DNA of 63,098 bases, counting the filler, from Hyphochytrium catenoides (taxonomy: Eukaryota; Protista; Hyphochytriomycota): NCBI GenBank assembly GCA_900088475.1. It is 7 parts of 7 records of this genome, joined end to end, with 100 filler letters (N's around TTAATTAATTAA, not from the genome) between each part and the next. Parts side by side here need not be neighbours in the genome. Positions count along the whole stretch, not along the records: positions 1 to 27,377 come from FLMG01004457.1; 6 more parts are not named here. One strand, 5' to 3'. The notes beneath the pieces are model-generated. The model had not been told where the DNA came from. It ran no database searches and was given only the letters and a program-made list of their open reading frames with translations. Each line of letters begins with the position of its first letter. The stretch's first letter is position 1. The position numbers were made by a program, and so were the translations under genes. Positions 13,318 to 27,377 of this stretch are shown piece after piece.

Positions 13318-16300
13318 CAAAGAAGGAGGGGAACAGAGAGAGAGAAAATTTAGCAGGTACCGAGTGCTGTCAAGGAGATAGCGGCTAAATCCTTAAGAGC
13401 AAGGAAAAACTGTGGAGCTGCAACATTTGAAGGCAGCTGAGAGGCCACGAATAGGACATGGAACGAAAGCTACGCTGCAACGCAAAGAGAGAGGCAGAAA
13501 GAGACATTATATCCCATAGTCAGCTCAACAATGTGAGAGGTAATATGCCAGCGGCATGCATGTTTTTTCTCTCTGTTATTCACCTGCCAGCGCTCTTCTC
13601 TAAAATCTCGGGAGAGCAGCTCATGGATCTTCGTCTCCTTTGCCAGCTTGAAGAGACCTGCTAGAACCTGGAGCTGAGTGAAGAGCAAGACATGAGAAGT
13701 ACGTACTTCCTTCCGTCGCGAAACTTGACTCTCTATCTCATCCATTTGTCTCGATCTCTCTCTTCCTTTGTCTCTCTCTGATTATCCTAGGTCAAAGAAC
13801 TGCCCAAGGCACACAGAGGAGGACCTTTCAGAGTCACATTTGAGTGAGGTATGGACATGGAGCTTCGAAGAAAGGGTCTTTCTCTTCGTTTTACCTTTCC
13901 TAGGGAGACGTACAGCAGCGTACACTGGAAAGGATCTTTATTGCCTCTCACATACTGAGCCCGAGCCACCCTCTCCGCGAGCTCCTTGAGACTGCTAATT
14001 CCTTGTGGGTGCCAAAGGGCGGCTCCTGTCCTCCTCACGTCTGACCACACAGGATTCTCTGGGAGAAAGAGAACTCTGTGCTGAGGAGCCAAGAGCAACT
14101 CCTGGGACTTGCTTACCGAAGCCCAGCAAATGTCCCGCGTGGAAAACGTCAGGCAAGGAGGAGACTCGGACGATGTCTTCTTCTCCTCTTGAAGACGGAA
14201 AATGCCGCCTTTGTTCTTCTGTCTCTCATCTGGCAGTCCCATTGTCTCCTTTTGCTGATCCTCTACATTCACTGTCTTGGGGACAGGAGGAGCGAGAACA
14301 GCGGAGAGGAGATAGCGCAGGGCTGGTCCATCAAGCGTGGTGCTGCTGCCTGCGCCTTGGAAGGAGAGGGAGACGCCATGGGAGCATTCTATCCTCTGAA
14401 ATGAGAGAGAACCGAAGACTTTGACAAGAGAAAGGAAGACAGAGATAGTCTCCTCTATCGAGTCTTTTGATAAGAAGAGAACGGGAGAGAGAGAGAGCTT
14501 CTCAAAGACTTCTCGAAGTTTCTCGCAGTCTGACCGCTCTAAGCGCCACACCTCAGCTACCTTTTCCTCCTCAACACTCCCTGCTTCTAGCTCTCCATCT
14601 TCTTCTGTCTTCTTCTTAGAGACATTGCAGAATGCGCATGTGAGAGCTTTCTCTTTTGAAAGCGGCTTCCTGCCTCTGGCTAAGGGATAGTCTTTGACTC
14701 CTTCCTCTTTTGCCTCTTGATTAGAAGTTGTCTCGATCTTTTTCTCTTCTCTCTGCCAGCTCCTCTCTCCTGAGTAGATGTCACTGAAAAGATTGGCCGC
14801 AGTATCTATTTTCTTCTCTTCGGCTGTAACTCTCTCCCCGGTACCCCAGGTGGTTCCTCCTCTATCGCTGAAGAGAGCTGCAGCAGTGTCTCTTCTCCCT
14901 CCGCCATAACTCTGCAGCGTCGGCTCTTTTCCTCCCTCGAGGTTCTGAGAGGAAGAGGCTGACGAGGAGGAGAGAGACCCCAGGCCTGGAGTGTCATGGT
15001 AAGGCTGGAAGAGAGCAGCTGCCGTGTCTGGGCGATAGCGCTGTCCAGAATAAGAAGATGAGCTGTCAGAGAAGAGGGCGGCGGCTGTATCTCGCTTCCC
15101 TGCTTCTCCTACTCCTGCAAGCTGGTCACTCCTCATAGGTGCGAAGAGGTTGGCGGCTGTTTCTAGTCAATGAGCAACAGGGAAAGAGAAAGGGCAGACG
15201 GGAGAGAGACAATTAGAGGCCAAAGTCAGATGATCGGGACGACATACAGTTTAGGCTCTCTATTGGTTGCTTTAGCTAAAGAAGCGCTTAGACGGCGAGA
15301 CCGGTAGGTCATCCCAGAAACAGGAAGAAGAAGAAGAAGCTAGGTTAAGGTTAAAGCCATAATTTGAGGGGAAAGGAGAGTGAGAAGGCAGAAAGCTGAA
15401 GACTCAAACGCGGACGAAAGAGAAATTGTACCTCGTTGATCAAATAAAGCAGCCGCTGTGTGGCTCCGGAGATTCTCTAGAGAGCGCCGGCATGAGAGGG
15501 CGAAACACATAAATCGCAGTATCGTTCTCTTTGTCTCCGGGCCGTCTCTCTCTCTCTCTCTCTCTTCATCACTTTTCTTTCCCTCCATCTTGAATATTTC
15601 TTCTCCCCGACCTTCCCTTGGCCCACGTACCGGGTTTCTTCTCCTTCGCCTTCACCACGAGCCTAGCGCTTTCCTCTACTATAAACTGTGCCATCTTGTC
15701 CCAGGTGGAGGCGGCCAGTGCAGTCAGAGAGAAAGAAGGAGAACGAGGGAGAGAGAGGGGGAGAGAGGAAGGGTCCACCATATCCATATGACAAGCCCTT
15801 TGATGCTCTTTGATTGCTGAGAAAAGATGTCCCGCAAGCTCTGCTACTGCTGGCACATAGCCGAGCTCTAACGAGAGTCTGTCATGGACCAATATGAGGA
15901 AAGCGAAAGGTGGTGTAACTGGTGAGAGATTGCTAGCAATGACAGATTTAAGGGACAGGAAGTGGTCACAGTCGAAAGGGTGTGTGCGTGAGAGCCCCCG
16001 GAAGAGAGAAATAGAGAAAGGCAGCGAGAGAGAAGTAAGAAGATACGCTGGAGACAAGACCTAGACGGAGTTTGAGCCAGTAATCTAGAGAGAACCTCAA
16101 CAAAGAAGGTAGAAATCTGGGTAAAAGGCAAAGGAAGAGAAAGCCAAACCAAACCTTATCGTCGGCGGAAGGTAGTGCAACGCACTCGTCCTGTCCTGGG
16201 ACGTGCTTTCTTGCTCTCTCCTGCTCTCTCCTCTGGTTTCTTTCCATAGCCAAACGCGACCTTTCGAGGAGAGAAGGACCGAAGAGAGAGCGGGAAAGGT

Positions 16301-19300
16301 GCAGGATGCGTCGTAGCCTTGTTCTAGAGAATCCAGCGTCCATTGAGAGTAACAATCGAATCGTCTCCGAACAGAAGCCTAGAGGACAAGGGCGGAAGGT
16401 CTGATCGTCAGAGAAGGAAAAGAGAGAGAGCACGAGACGTCCGCAGTTGGATAGGATGGGAAATAAGGGTGGCAAAAGGAGTTGACGACGGTGGGGTGGC
16501 GAAGAGAGAAGAGAGAGAAGAGGGAAGAGAAATGAGAGAAAAGAGAGAGAGAAGACCGATATGAGGCCCAGCCCTTTTGACAAGTGAAGAGCAATGGCGA
16601 TGAAGGGAAGAAGAGAAAAAGCGGACGAAAGGAAGCATTAGGGGTAATTAACTGGTAAAAGAGAGGAGTCATCCTGAGAGATATTCTCGCCATCTAAAGC
16701 TAACATGAGAAGAGATAACAAAAAATTCCAAGTTTAGCGCTCCACCATGTGTTACCTTCCTCATAATGTATGTCTCTTTCCCGCAGGGGAGAAGGTAAGA
16801 GGGAGAAAGATGATTAAGAGAGCGAAGGTCCAGCCACCGCCCTTGTCTTCCGTCACCATCTTGAGGAAGAGAGGGAAGCTTCATCATCGCCTCCAGCGCT
16901 GGCTGATAAGAGTTATGACTGCTAACCGAAAGGCAGTCCCAGAAAGAGACAAGTGCCCTTTGATCAGTGTCTCCTCTCTCGCCACCTTCGCTCTTGCCCT
17001 CCTTCCTCGTGAGGTGAGTGAGGGCAAGCAATCCCGTCGAAGACAGAGACATCGCCGTTATTGCACAGCGAGTCAGAAGCTTCTCGGCCCCAGGATCTGG
17101 CATCAGAAGAGAGAGAGAAAAGACTCTTTCAACTCGTACAGTCCTTCTCTCTTCCGGATCACTTTCTACACTAAGCCGCCAGCGTATCAGCTCGTTAGAG
17201 CAGGAAGCAGAAAGAAAGGAAGGTCCCTTAGAGGAAATGGGGGAGAAGCCTTCGCTGCTGTCTGGAGGGAATGCACAGATGCAAGAAGCTGGAGAATCAA
17301 GCTCTTGGACGTTCCACTCATCTTCTCTCGTTCCTTTCCTCTCCCCCAAGAGTAGAAGCAGGTACGCTCCTGTCTCCGGCAAAGCCACAGCTGCTACTTT
17401 CTCCGCTACTTTCTTCTCAGCCTCATCCCCTTGCTTCGCTCTCCAAGGAAAGCAAATAACGCACTTCAGCCTGAGCTCTTCTTCGGCTTTGCTTGCCAGT
17501 GAAGGAAGATACTTCACTGCGGAGAGTGAATATAGAGGAAAGAAATCAAAACCGTCTCTCTCTCTGTCTCTCCAACCTCCTGCGAGAGACTCTCTTTCTC
17601 CTGCGTCTGTCATATCAAAGAGATGTACTGCACCTCCCGATGTGCCCGCTGCAACGAGGTTTCTGGAGGTATGAAGGCAAGAAAAGACCGCCCTCCTTCT
17701 TTCTGTCTCTTCGAATCTTCTCTCTTTCAACTTTCCTGCCCGTCTCATGCTTGGATAGGTCACAAGAGAGGAAGGGGAGGGAGACTCTGCAGCCCAAAGG
17801 TCCAGATCTCCTGCCAAAGAGAGAGAAACGAATAGAAGGGAGGGCATTCTGTCGTCCACTAACCCCAGGCAGGGAGATAAACGGGGGGAGACTGAAGAGA
17901 CAGCCTTGTCTTTCGTTAGAGCTTCCATTTGGATGATGGGGCTGCCTGAACCTACGCTGCTGAGGTTCTCGACGCCACGATAGGAAAGAGAGAGAAGAGG
18001 ACGACTGTCGGCAAGAGAGGAGGATAAAGAAGGCTGCAACGTTGGACTTGATGACATAGCGACCTCCGCGAGGCAATCACCTACCTACAAGTATACATAC
18101 GGAGGAGAGAGAGAAAGAAAGGAGAGAGAGAGAGGGTGTGTTTGAGAGAGAGAGACAGGCAGACAGACACACAAAGGTGAGAAAGAGAGGGACACAAAGA
18201 GACACAGAGAGAGAGAGAATAGGATCTCGAGACGGTTGAAAACGTCTCTCACTCTAAGGTCTTGGTAGAATGGGACCCTTTAGAAGGCAACGGCGCGCAG
18301 AAAGGTGAAGCAGTCTCATAACCAAGAGCTTAAAGGAACGATAAAAGCTAACTGCAAGACAGATTTCGTCGCATTGGAGGGAGAGGAGAGAAGAAAGAGT
18401 TTCTGAGGAGATAATGGGGTGAGCTGCCTCTTCAAAGATAGCGGGCCAGAAGAGAAAGAGGGAAGCTGGTTCGCTTACTTGGTAGAGGAATGACACTGTG
18501 GAAGGGGAGACTCTCACTGCGAGGGCAATGCTAGTAGTTAGCGTACAAGATCCTTACTCAGTCTTTCTCCTTTTCTCTCTCTGTCTCTATCCTTTTCTGT
18601 TTCTCCTTTCTTTCTCTCTCTTACTCTTTCTGATCCATCTCCTTTCTATTTTCTTGACCGATCCAGTACGTCTCCTACGCGTCGTCAGCTCATCTTTTCC
18701 TTTTCCTCGCATCCCTAGCACATATCACCATCGGATTTCTCTCTCTCTCTCTCTCATTGGCGCTTACCTTTCAGCACAGACATGACGGCGTTTGCTGTCT
18801 TTATATCCTCCCGAATTCTGGTTCGATAGACACTCTCCCCCGTGGTGTCTTCCGCCTCCGTTTGGGCTACAAGCTTCGGAAAGGGTGTGCTTCGCTGTCA
18901 GGAGACGCTGTCAGATCTCTCTCTCTCTCTCTCTTCTCTCTCATTCTCTTCTTTACTCTCTGTTATACTCGCTGTCAGTCAAGCAAAAGCAGCTCTGCTC
19001 CGTCCGCTGCTTCATTTCCACATTAGCGAAGTCTCTCTCTTTCTCTCCTTTTTGTCCAAGATACTCAAGTCTCTCCTAGAACATCCTCTCTCTCGCTCTC
19101 GCTCTCTCTCTCTCTCTCCCTCTCTCTCTGTCTTGGTGCTCAGCCTGTTACCTCGTAGTTCATCTTTAGCTCATAGAGCAAGAGGCTTCCTCTTGAAGTG
19201 AGAGCAAAGATAATGTCTCCTCCGCCCCAACTCTGTCTTTCCTCTGTCTCTGGAGAGAGCTTCTGCAGTTCTCCGTCCAAAGCTGTTTCTTGGAAGCGTG

Positions 19301-21044
19301 AGCTCTAAAGAAAGAAGGTGTCAGACATATCTGGTGCATAGGGAAGCACGATTATTGGCGAAAGACAGAGCAGGAGAGAGAAGATGGAGGAAAAAGTGCA
19401 ACACCTGGAAGAGAGAGAGAGAGAGACGTATTGGGGAGAGAGATGAAGAGAGAAAATAGGAGAGAAAGTTGCTCTTTTCTTCTCCTTATCCCTTCTCACC
19501 CGGTGTCCAAAGCCAAAGGAAGATTCATCTCCTCCAGGGCCCAGAGAGGAAGCTGCTCTATGAATCTTTCCGAGAGAGGCAGAGGAAGAGGCTGAGCTCT
19601 CCGCTCTTCGGCCACATTCGTCAAGGAGAGACGTCCACATTCTCTCTTTGACTGACTGAGAGAGAGTGGAAGAAACGAGAGATGACGCAGAAGAGGGAGA
19701 GAGAAGAACGGAAGAGCGTTTCGCGGACGTCTCTCCCCCGATTGGACAAGCTCCCCTAGGGGTCTCCCCCTTGGAGCTGTGGCTGGCCCAGCCAGCGAAA
19801 AGAATGACACTGTCTCCTTCTTCTTTTCTTCTCTCCTCTTCTCCTACTTCTTCTCCTGGGGAAGAGAGAGAGAGAGAGGCAGAAAGAGAGGAGGCGCTGG
19901 GGTCGCGGACGGTACAAGCAAGAAAGAAGGTGGTCCCCTGCTGAAGATTTGTTCGCCTCCAGATTCGGAGGACGCCATCCTCACAGAGAGAGAGAAGCAG
20001 ACTTCGAGAGATTTCGCCTCTTCCACCTGCTTCCTTTTCTCTCTCTTCCGAAGAGAAAGAAGTAAGAGGTGTCTCCCTGTCTCCTCTTCCATTCCATGTA
20101 AGTAATGTCACAGGGCGTGGATGAGGGAGGAGAGAGGTTCGAGGAAGTTTTTTCTCTTCCTGCGAAGAGAGGTGCCACACCTGTCATAAAGAGAGAGAGA
20201 GAAAGAAAACAGAGAGAGAGAGAGAAAGGAGATATTAAAGCAGGCTAGTCAAGATGCTTTCCATACCTTCTCAGACCAATCGTTTAAGAAGCTTATTTTT
20301 TCCGTTGCCCTTTCTCTCTCTCCCGCTCGCTCTCTCGCGCTCTCTCTCCCTGGCTCTCTCTCTTTCTCCCCTCCCTTTCGTCACTGCTCTCTCTCTCTAT
20401 GTGTCTCTCTATCTTTCTCATGTTCTAAATATGTGTCTCTCTTTACTCTTTCTCTCTTTCGCGTTGGTCGCTCTCGGACAGTCTGTCGCTCTCTGTAGTG
20501 TCTGTACTCATTCTCGCAGTTTCTCCGCATGCATCTCTTTTTAAAAGTCCCTCTCTCCCTTGTCGCTCCTCTCACCTTTGAAATTGTCTTCTCTCTCTCT
20601 CTCTCTTTCTCTCTCTGTCTCTCTCCCTCTTTGTGCCTCTTACCTTAACAACTTTGGAGGCTTTGCCAACAGCAGCCAAGTAGACGCCAGAAGAAGAGAG
20701 CTGCACGTTCTCTCCGTCAGCAGTAAGCTTGAGGCTAAGCGTTGAACGTATCTTCTCTCTCTCTCCTTCGCCTTTTCCTTCCTCTTCCTCTCTCTTCTCT
20801 TCTCCCCCTCGCCCCTTCTCCTTCTCTCCATCTACATCGTAGAGGAGGATAGAAGAGGAACTTCCTAAAGCAATCAGAAGCCCAGTGGGGAGAAGGGTTA
20901 GGGAAAGAGAGAGAAGAGGAGAGAGAGAGGGTCGAAAGGAGGCAGTGCATCGCCACTGTTTCATTGAGAAGTAGGTGTACCAGCCAGTGCAAAGAGAAAG
21001 AGAAGTCGGCAAGAAAGGACCAGGGGAGGAGAAAGAGAGAGAAA

Positions 21045-21101
<57 letters not shown>

Positions 21102-21953
21102 GAGAGAGAAATAGAGAGAGAAGAGTAGAGAGGAGAGATAAGCAGCAGACACAATCGGGAAGAAAGGACGTGTGTGTGAGTGGTCTATTTGTCGGACTAT
21201 CCGAGGTGTCTCTCTCTCTTTCCTCTGTCTCTCTAACAGTGTCCATCTGCTCTCTCGAGTTCTTAGTGTCTCTCTCTCTTTCGTGTCCTCAATATCTCTC
21301 TTTCGCCTTCAGCCGGCATCTCTTTCTTGTTCCGGTCTCTCGTTCCTCCCTTCATTTCTCTCCTCTCCTGTTACTTATCTCTCTTCTCTCCTTCTCTCTT
21401 CTCTCTTGTGTGTGTCTCTCTCTCTCTCTTTCCCTTTGCCCTCTCTCTCGGTTAGCGTCTCTCGCTCTACCGCTCTTCCTACCTCCACAGCTCTGTCTGT
21501 TCCTTCGTCCTCTTCCTCAGCGCAGTAGACAGCGCAGCTTCCTCTCTTTCCTCCGACCACTACCACTGCTTTCTCTCTCAATGAGATAGACGGAGGAGAG
21601 AGAGAGAGAGAAGAGAGAGAATGAGAGGGAGAGACGAAATCGGAAGGAGAAGAGAGAGAGAGACATGAGATGTCCTCTCCTTCCCCTGTCTCCTGAGCGA
21701 AGGGAAGCACTTGCCAAAGGTTGAAGCCGTTATACTCGGGAAGAGAGAAAGTGGACAGACTTCTGGGGAGAGAAGCAAAGTTTGGAGAGGGAGAGAGAGA
21801 GGCAGGAGAGAGAGAGAAGCGAGAAAGAACGACGAGAAGATCTTTTGAGCCATAGATTATCCATTCCCGGGAGAAGAATGAGGAAGACAGAGCGGGAGTG
21901 GTCGGCCCAGGAGCCAGGAGAAGACGCGTCTTCCCTTCTTCGTCTCCCATCAT
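5663..21953 (-). CDS. Rabconnectin-3alpha / DmX-like / Rav1 (RAVE complex) large WD40 protein, multi-exon
   Basis: N-terminal WD motifs (LSSSGVYLAAVGKASKVVK|VWH..LLPHPRPVTLLTW; LLLSLCEDGVLRIW). Rav1p_C domain motifs (ARAQY..KDPFQCTLLYVSLGK; VLAGLFK..LSRDFREERWQ; AALKNAHVLKSKQRYELAASFFLLAG; DIQLSLFVARL; DPWLVTWVHW). C-terminal WD40s (SHPASLSFLTGNRNGGVAFW; VRLWDTLL; SGGDKGVLSVFDVRQ; LLSGSSAGDIK; VVTCGADGTARL..*). Start ATG 21953, stop TAG 5663-5665. Confidence 0.9.
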
Positions 21954-22364
21954 CGTACTGCCGAGAGAGAGAAGGAAGAGAAGAGAGAGAAGACGACAGG
22001 AGGGGGAGACAGTGTCATTTCCTCTAATTTACTGTCTTCTCATGCTGATCTCTCTCTCTCTCTCTTTGGCTGTTAGCCCGACATTCATAACCGAAGGGGA
22101 AGATTGGAGGCTGAGATAAAATGTTAGGCGTCCAGGTCACGCAGACCTGAATGAGAGACTGGGAAATGCGAGAAGCGTGATGCGGAAGCGCAAGCGGAAA
22201 GGGAACCGGCCTAGGAGAGAGAAGAGAGAAGAGGAGAGAGGAGAGAAGAAGATAGAAACAGAATTGACACTGAAGCTAGAGTGGAAAGAGAGAGAGAGAG
22301 AGAGAGACAGAGAGAGAGAGGCAGAGAGAGGTGAGAGAGAGCGAGAGAGCAAAGAGAGACAGAA

Positions 22365-22406
<42 letters not shown>

Positions 22407-22440
22407 CAAAGAGAGACAGAAAGAGACAGAGAGAGAGAGT

Positions 22441-22488
<48 letters not shown>

Positions 22489-23314
22489 TGAGAGAAGAGA
22501 CAGAAAGAGAGAGAGAAAGAGAGAGAGAGAAACGAAAGTGCCGCTTGATGTCAGGACCAGGACCCGGTAACAACTATAGAAATCTTTCTTCAGATTAATT
22601 GGCAGATCACCCTTGTTTCGTCGCTTTCTGAGCTGAGGAATCAGTTGTCTGTATCTGCAGTAATCTAGTTTTTTACCGTTATCCCTGTGCTATTACCTTA
22701 GGCTAAGAAGGACTATATATTGTGCTGGGTAGAACCTTATTTTGTCGCTACCAAAGGCTACAAGGCCTACAACTACTACAGTACCAGGGAAATCTTCATA
22801 CGACTGTGGACTTTCTTTTTTCTCTCTCTCTCTTTCTTCCCCTACTTGTACATGTCTCTCTCTTTCTCTTCCCCGTCCAGCACCTTCCTCTCCGTCCAAG
22901 GAAAGAGAGTGAGTCCGGAGTCCGGAAGGAGGGAGAGACAGACAGAGAGAGAGAGAGAAATAAGAGCGGGGAAAAAGACTGAGAGGGGTAATAAAGTGAG
23001 ACCAAGAATATATATATATAGAGAGAGAGAGAGAGAATACTGACGAGCAAGAGAGTGTCAAGGGCAGCCGGGGGCTTGTCTTCAAAGAGAAGTAATAAAT
23101 ATCTTTATGAGGAGGTCTTGGTCCCTTTCTCCCCTTTCTTCTCCCTCAGCCCTCTTAAAAGTCTATCGAGCGACCTAACGGGCTGATCCCTCAGGGTGGC
23201 TATTCAGCAAGGAATGAAGAGGGAAAAGAGAGAGAGGAGAGAGAGGAAGAAGAGAGAAAAAGGGAACGAAAGAGAGAGAGAGAGAGGAAGAAAAGAAGAA
23301 GAAGCTATCAGGCC

Positions 23315-24581
23315 TCAAACCATGCTCGTAACTGAGCGGGCAGGAGGATCTCGCTCTTGTCTTCGCCTGCCCATGTGTTCTGAGTGTCCGCGAGCTATAG
23401 AGAGAGAAAGTTCCAAAGAGAAAGAGAGAAGCCAATAGTATGGCCATCAAAAGGGCAAAGAAGAGAAGAGAGAACGGGTGAATATCGGGAAGGAGTGAGG
23501 GAGGACATGGAAGAGGACGAAAGGGGGAAAAAAGAGAGAGACATCAAGAAAGGAGTACGTGTAGTGGCAGAGATTAGAAAGAAAGAGAGAAGAGAGAGAA
23601 GGAGAGAGAGAGATAAAGACAAGGTCAGCCCTGGTACGTCTTTCTGGATGCCATATCTATTTATTGTGACTCTACTTACGTTGGATATCGTCCGACATGG
23701 CCTCGTAGCGGTCGAAAGGAGGACAGCTCATTCTGTGCTGGTAGGTAGGCAGCTGTGGCGCAGACCTGGAGCGAAGAGAGAGAGAGAGAGTTGTAAGGAG
23801 AGAGAAAGGATCGAAATTAGAGAGAAGGGATAACATAAAGAAGAAACCCTAAGCATAGACTGTGATGGCTAATCGCACCTGAAAAGAACATAGACAGAGC
23901 AGGAGATAATGGTAGCAAGAAAGAGAGAGATGGATGTGAGAGGGAGAGAGAGAAAGAGCAGACCAGAAAATTGTAGAGGCGCAGATAAAGTGAGACAGTG
24001 CCAGGCAGGACAGACAAAGACAGACAAACGGCCACGGCAAGAGGGACACGGGGAGACGGAGAAGAGAGAGAAAAAAAGAGAAGAGAGAGAGAGAGAGAGA
24101 GAGAAGGGGAGAGAGAGAGAGAGAAGGAGAGAGAAGAGAGACCACCACTGGACGTACCGTGAGGTAAAGGACTTGACGAGCTTGTTCTCTGAATGCCAGA
24201 TCTCTCTCACACCTGCAGGCGAGCGTGGCTTAGAAAGAGATGAGGGGCAGAGAGAGAAGGGCAGCAGATGCTAATACAGCGCAGGGCCAACGGCCTTTTG
24301 GACCGCAAGAAAGAGAGAGAAAAATAAGGGCGACAGGGAATAGATGGAGAAGAAGAGCTCTAAAGATTCCGAAGGAAGAATAGACACAACACAGCAGGAA
24401 AGAGAGGAGAGGCACGTAAGGAGAGAGAGAAAGAGAATTAGAGAGCTAAAGGTCACAGACGGAACCTGAGACTGTACAGACAGAGAGGCAAGGGCTGTGG
24501 GAGAGAACACCATACAAGGGAGAAAAATTGGAGAGAGAGCAAGAGAGAGGGCAAGAGAGAGAGAGAAAGAGAGAGAGAGAA

Positions 24582-24624
<43 letters not shown>

Positions 24625-25078
24625 AGGAGACAGAGAGAGAGAGAGACACACACACAGAAAGGCTATGTCGACAGAGAAGAGAGGTAAGGAAGAGAGAGAG
24701 ACTGACCCTCTGTGACTGTGTCGGCCAAGGTTCCAAGGGGCAGTCCAGTCTGCAGCGACGGATAGATGATTGACTCCGTGCGAGCAACAGTGGAAGAAGG
24801 GCTGTCCGGGACCTCCACCAACGTTTCCAGCAGTTTCTGAGTGGCAGGGCGTAAGAATAGGGCAGAGAGAGAGAGAGAGAAGGAGAACCAGAGGAAAAGG
24901 AGGAGGAGAAGAGAGAAAGGAAAAGGGGGAAAGAGAGAAAGAAAAAGAAGAACCAGAAGAAGGAGCACCAAAAAATGGAGGTTATGCGAGAGAGAGACAG
25001 GAGACCAACAGGCATAAGGAGTGGCAAAGAAAAGTTTTGGAGAGAGGTGGTCGAAGCGGAAGAGACAAAGAGTAAGAG

Positions 25079-25118
<40 letters not shown>

Positions 25119-26556
25119 GAGAGAGTGAAGAAGTGACAGTTTTAGAGAGAAGAAGTTAGAAAACTTTAAACGGTCTAGACAGAAGAGGTAGGAAAGGCAC
25201 GAAGCGCGAGAGAGAAGGTCCTGAGTAAGAAAGAAAGACCGGGGATAGATAGCGAACACCAGACCAGGAAAGGTTCATCGGAAGAACAAAAAGAGAGGGA
25301 GAGACAGAGAAAGACAGAGCGGGCGAGAAAGGACAAGGAAAGAGAAGATCGAGACAAAGGGAAGAGGGAACAATAATATAGGAATACATAAAGAGTGGGC
25401 AAGGACAAAGAGAGAGAGAGAGAGAGAAACAGAGGCGAGAGAGAGCGGACGCAGAGAGAGAGAGAGAGCAAAAAGCATTGACGCACGAGAGAAGCAAAGA
25501 AGGAAGAGAGAGTCAGTCAGTCTCGAACCTGCACTGCTGTGAAGACTTTGTACTGCTGGAAGAAGAGAATGCCTGTCAGGTTGCTCATGCCAATCCAGAA
25601 GACTTGGAAGACAGGGAAGACGGCCATTGTGTCTCCCAGCATCGTGGACCGATTTAAAGTGTGCTACATTGGACAGTTTTATGAAAAGAGAGAAGGAAGA
25701 TTGTAGGAGAGAGACAAATGGTCGGAGAGAGAAAGGGAGAGAAGAAGAGAATTAGAGAGAGGAACCTGAGCTGCCAGCAAGGGCGGTATCAGTGGGATGC
25801 CATCGTAGTAGCGCTATTGTCTCGCCCTTCCCCATTCTGGCTCTTCTCTCTCTGTCCGCTTTGCAAGCTGTCTTTCTGGATCCTCTTTCTCTATCCTCCC
25901 TTTTGATTTCCCTTCTCTCTTCTGAGGGCTATCAATATCTCTCCTATCTATATATATATATATATATATCTCACACACGCAGACAAAGAAGTTGTCTTCC
26001 TCTTTTCTTCTCTCCNNNNNNNNNNNNNNNNNNNNNNNNNNNNNNNNNNNNNNNNNNNNNNNNNNNNNNNNNNNNNNNNNNNNNNNNNNNNNNNNNNNNN
26101 NNNNNNNNNTCTGTCCATCTCTTTTCAAAGACAATTTACAAAGAGTCAAGAGAGAGGAGAAGCCACTTACTGTCTGGGAGAGAATGGAGGCGAGGAGAAG
26201 AAAGAGAAAGAGGTACGTCGACCACTTGGTGAACTCATTCTCTCCGTTGATGGTCCTCTTTATCGCCTCAGCGATCATCTTCGCGAAGAGAACGCTTGCT
26301 CCTCCAAAGATACCCGCTATCGTTGCATAATAGAGAGGAATCTTTGAGACTTCGGCCAGGAGCTTTTGGTGTTTTTTCTCTTCTCTTTCTCTCCTGGCGC
26401 GGTCTCTCTCTTGTTCGCGCTCTTTATCTCTCTCTTTTTGTTCCTCTTGCTGTCTGCGTTCTGCTTCTAATTGAGCTGCCTGCCTCAGCTGTGCAGGTAT
26501 CCTTGTGCTACTAGATGTCTCCGTCCGCGCTGAGAGAAAGAGAGAGGAGACAAAAC

Positions 26557-26591
<35 letters not shown>

Positions 26592-27058
26592 GAAAGTAGT
26601 AGGAAACGTAGCGAGTCAGTCATGGTGGTACAACGAGGTAAGGATCAATAATGATGTTGAAAGAATGATGCCACATGGAAAGAGGAAGAGAGAACAGGAA
26701 CACAAAAGGAATAGAAGAGTCAAGAGAGAAGAGAAGTGGGAGAGAAGAGAAGAGAGAGCGTGAGAGAGAGAGAGAAAGAGAGAGGCAAGAGAGAGAAAAC
26801 TTACAGCGGCCGAGATCGTGGTCTCGTTTGTCATAATCCTCAACGATCTGCTTAGGAGAGAGAGTCGGAGTTGTAAGGCTCGGAAGGCCTGTCGAACGCC
26901 GGGGGAGAGGAAAGAGAGAGAAGGGAAAAGGAGTGAGAGTGGGTTAAGTTCGCCAATGGTCGATGGTAAGGAAGAGAGGAGAAGGAGACATTCAATACAA
27001 GAGATAAGCGGGAGAAAGGAAGAGACAGGAGAAAGAGCGAGCAGGACAGTGGCCATGA

Positions 27059-27097
<39 letters not shown>

Positions 27098-27377
27098 GGA
27101 GAGAGACTAGGAGCGCGTCCATCCAGCTTACTAGAATGGAAAGATTATCAAACATAAGGAGAAACTAAAACGAAGGAGAGGGAGAAGGCAAACAAATACA
27201 TACAAGAAAAAAGTTGAGAAAGAGAGAGAGAGAGGCAGAGAGACACAGACAGACAGAGAAGAGAGAGCTCACATACCTGTAGAGTTTCTTCCTGTGTGGG
27301 ACCGTCCATGGAACGGAAAGTCCCAGATGAGACGCAGTCCCTCACATTCACTTGCCTTCGAGTTTTCAAGGGCTGGC
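23315..27377 (-). CDS. NIPA-family (Mg_trans_NIPA) magnesium transporter, 5'-truncated at contig end
   Basis: Exons YYATIAGIFGGASVLFAKMIAEAIKRTINGENEFTKWSTYLFL..ILSQT| and HTLNRSTMLGDTMAVFPVFQVFWIGMSNLTGILFFQQY match the NIPA C-terminal TM pattern. Further short exons give a hydrophilic tail ending at a probable TGA at 23315-23317. I could not locate one expected TM exon. Confidence 0.78.
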
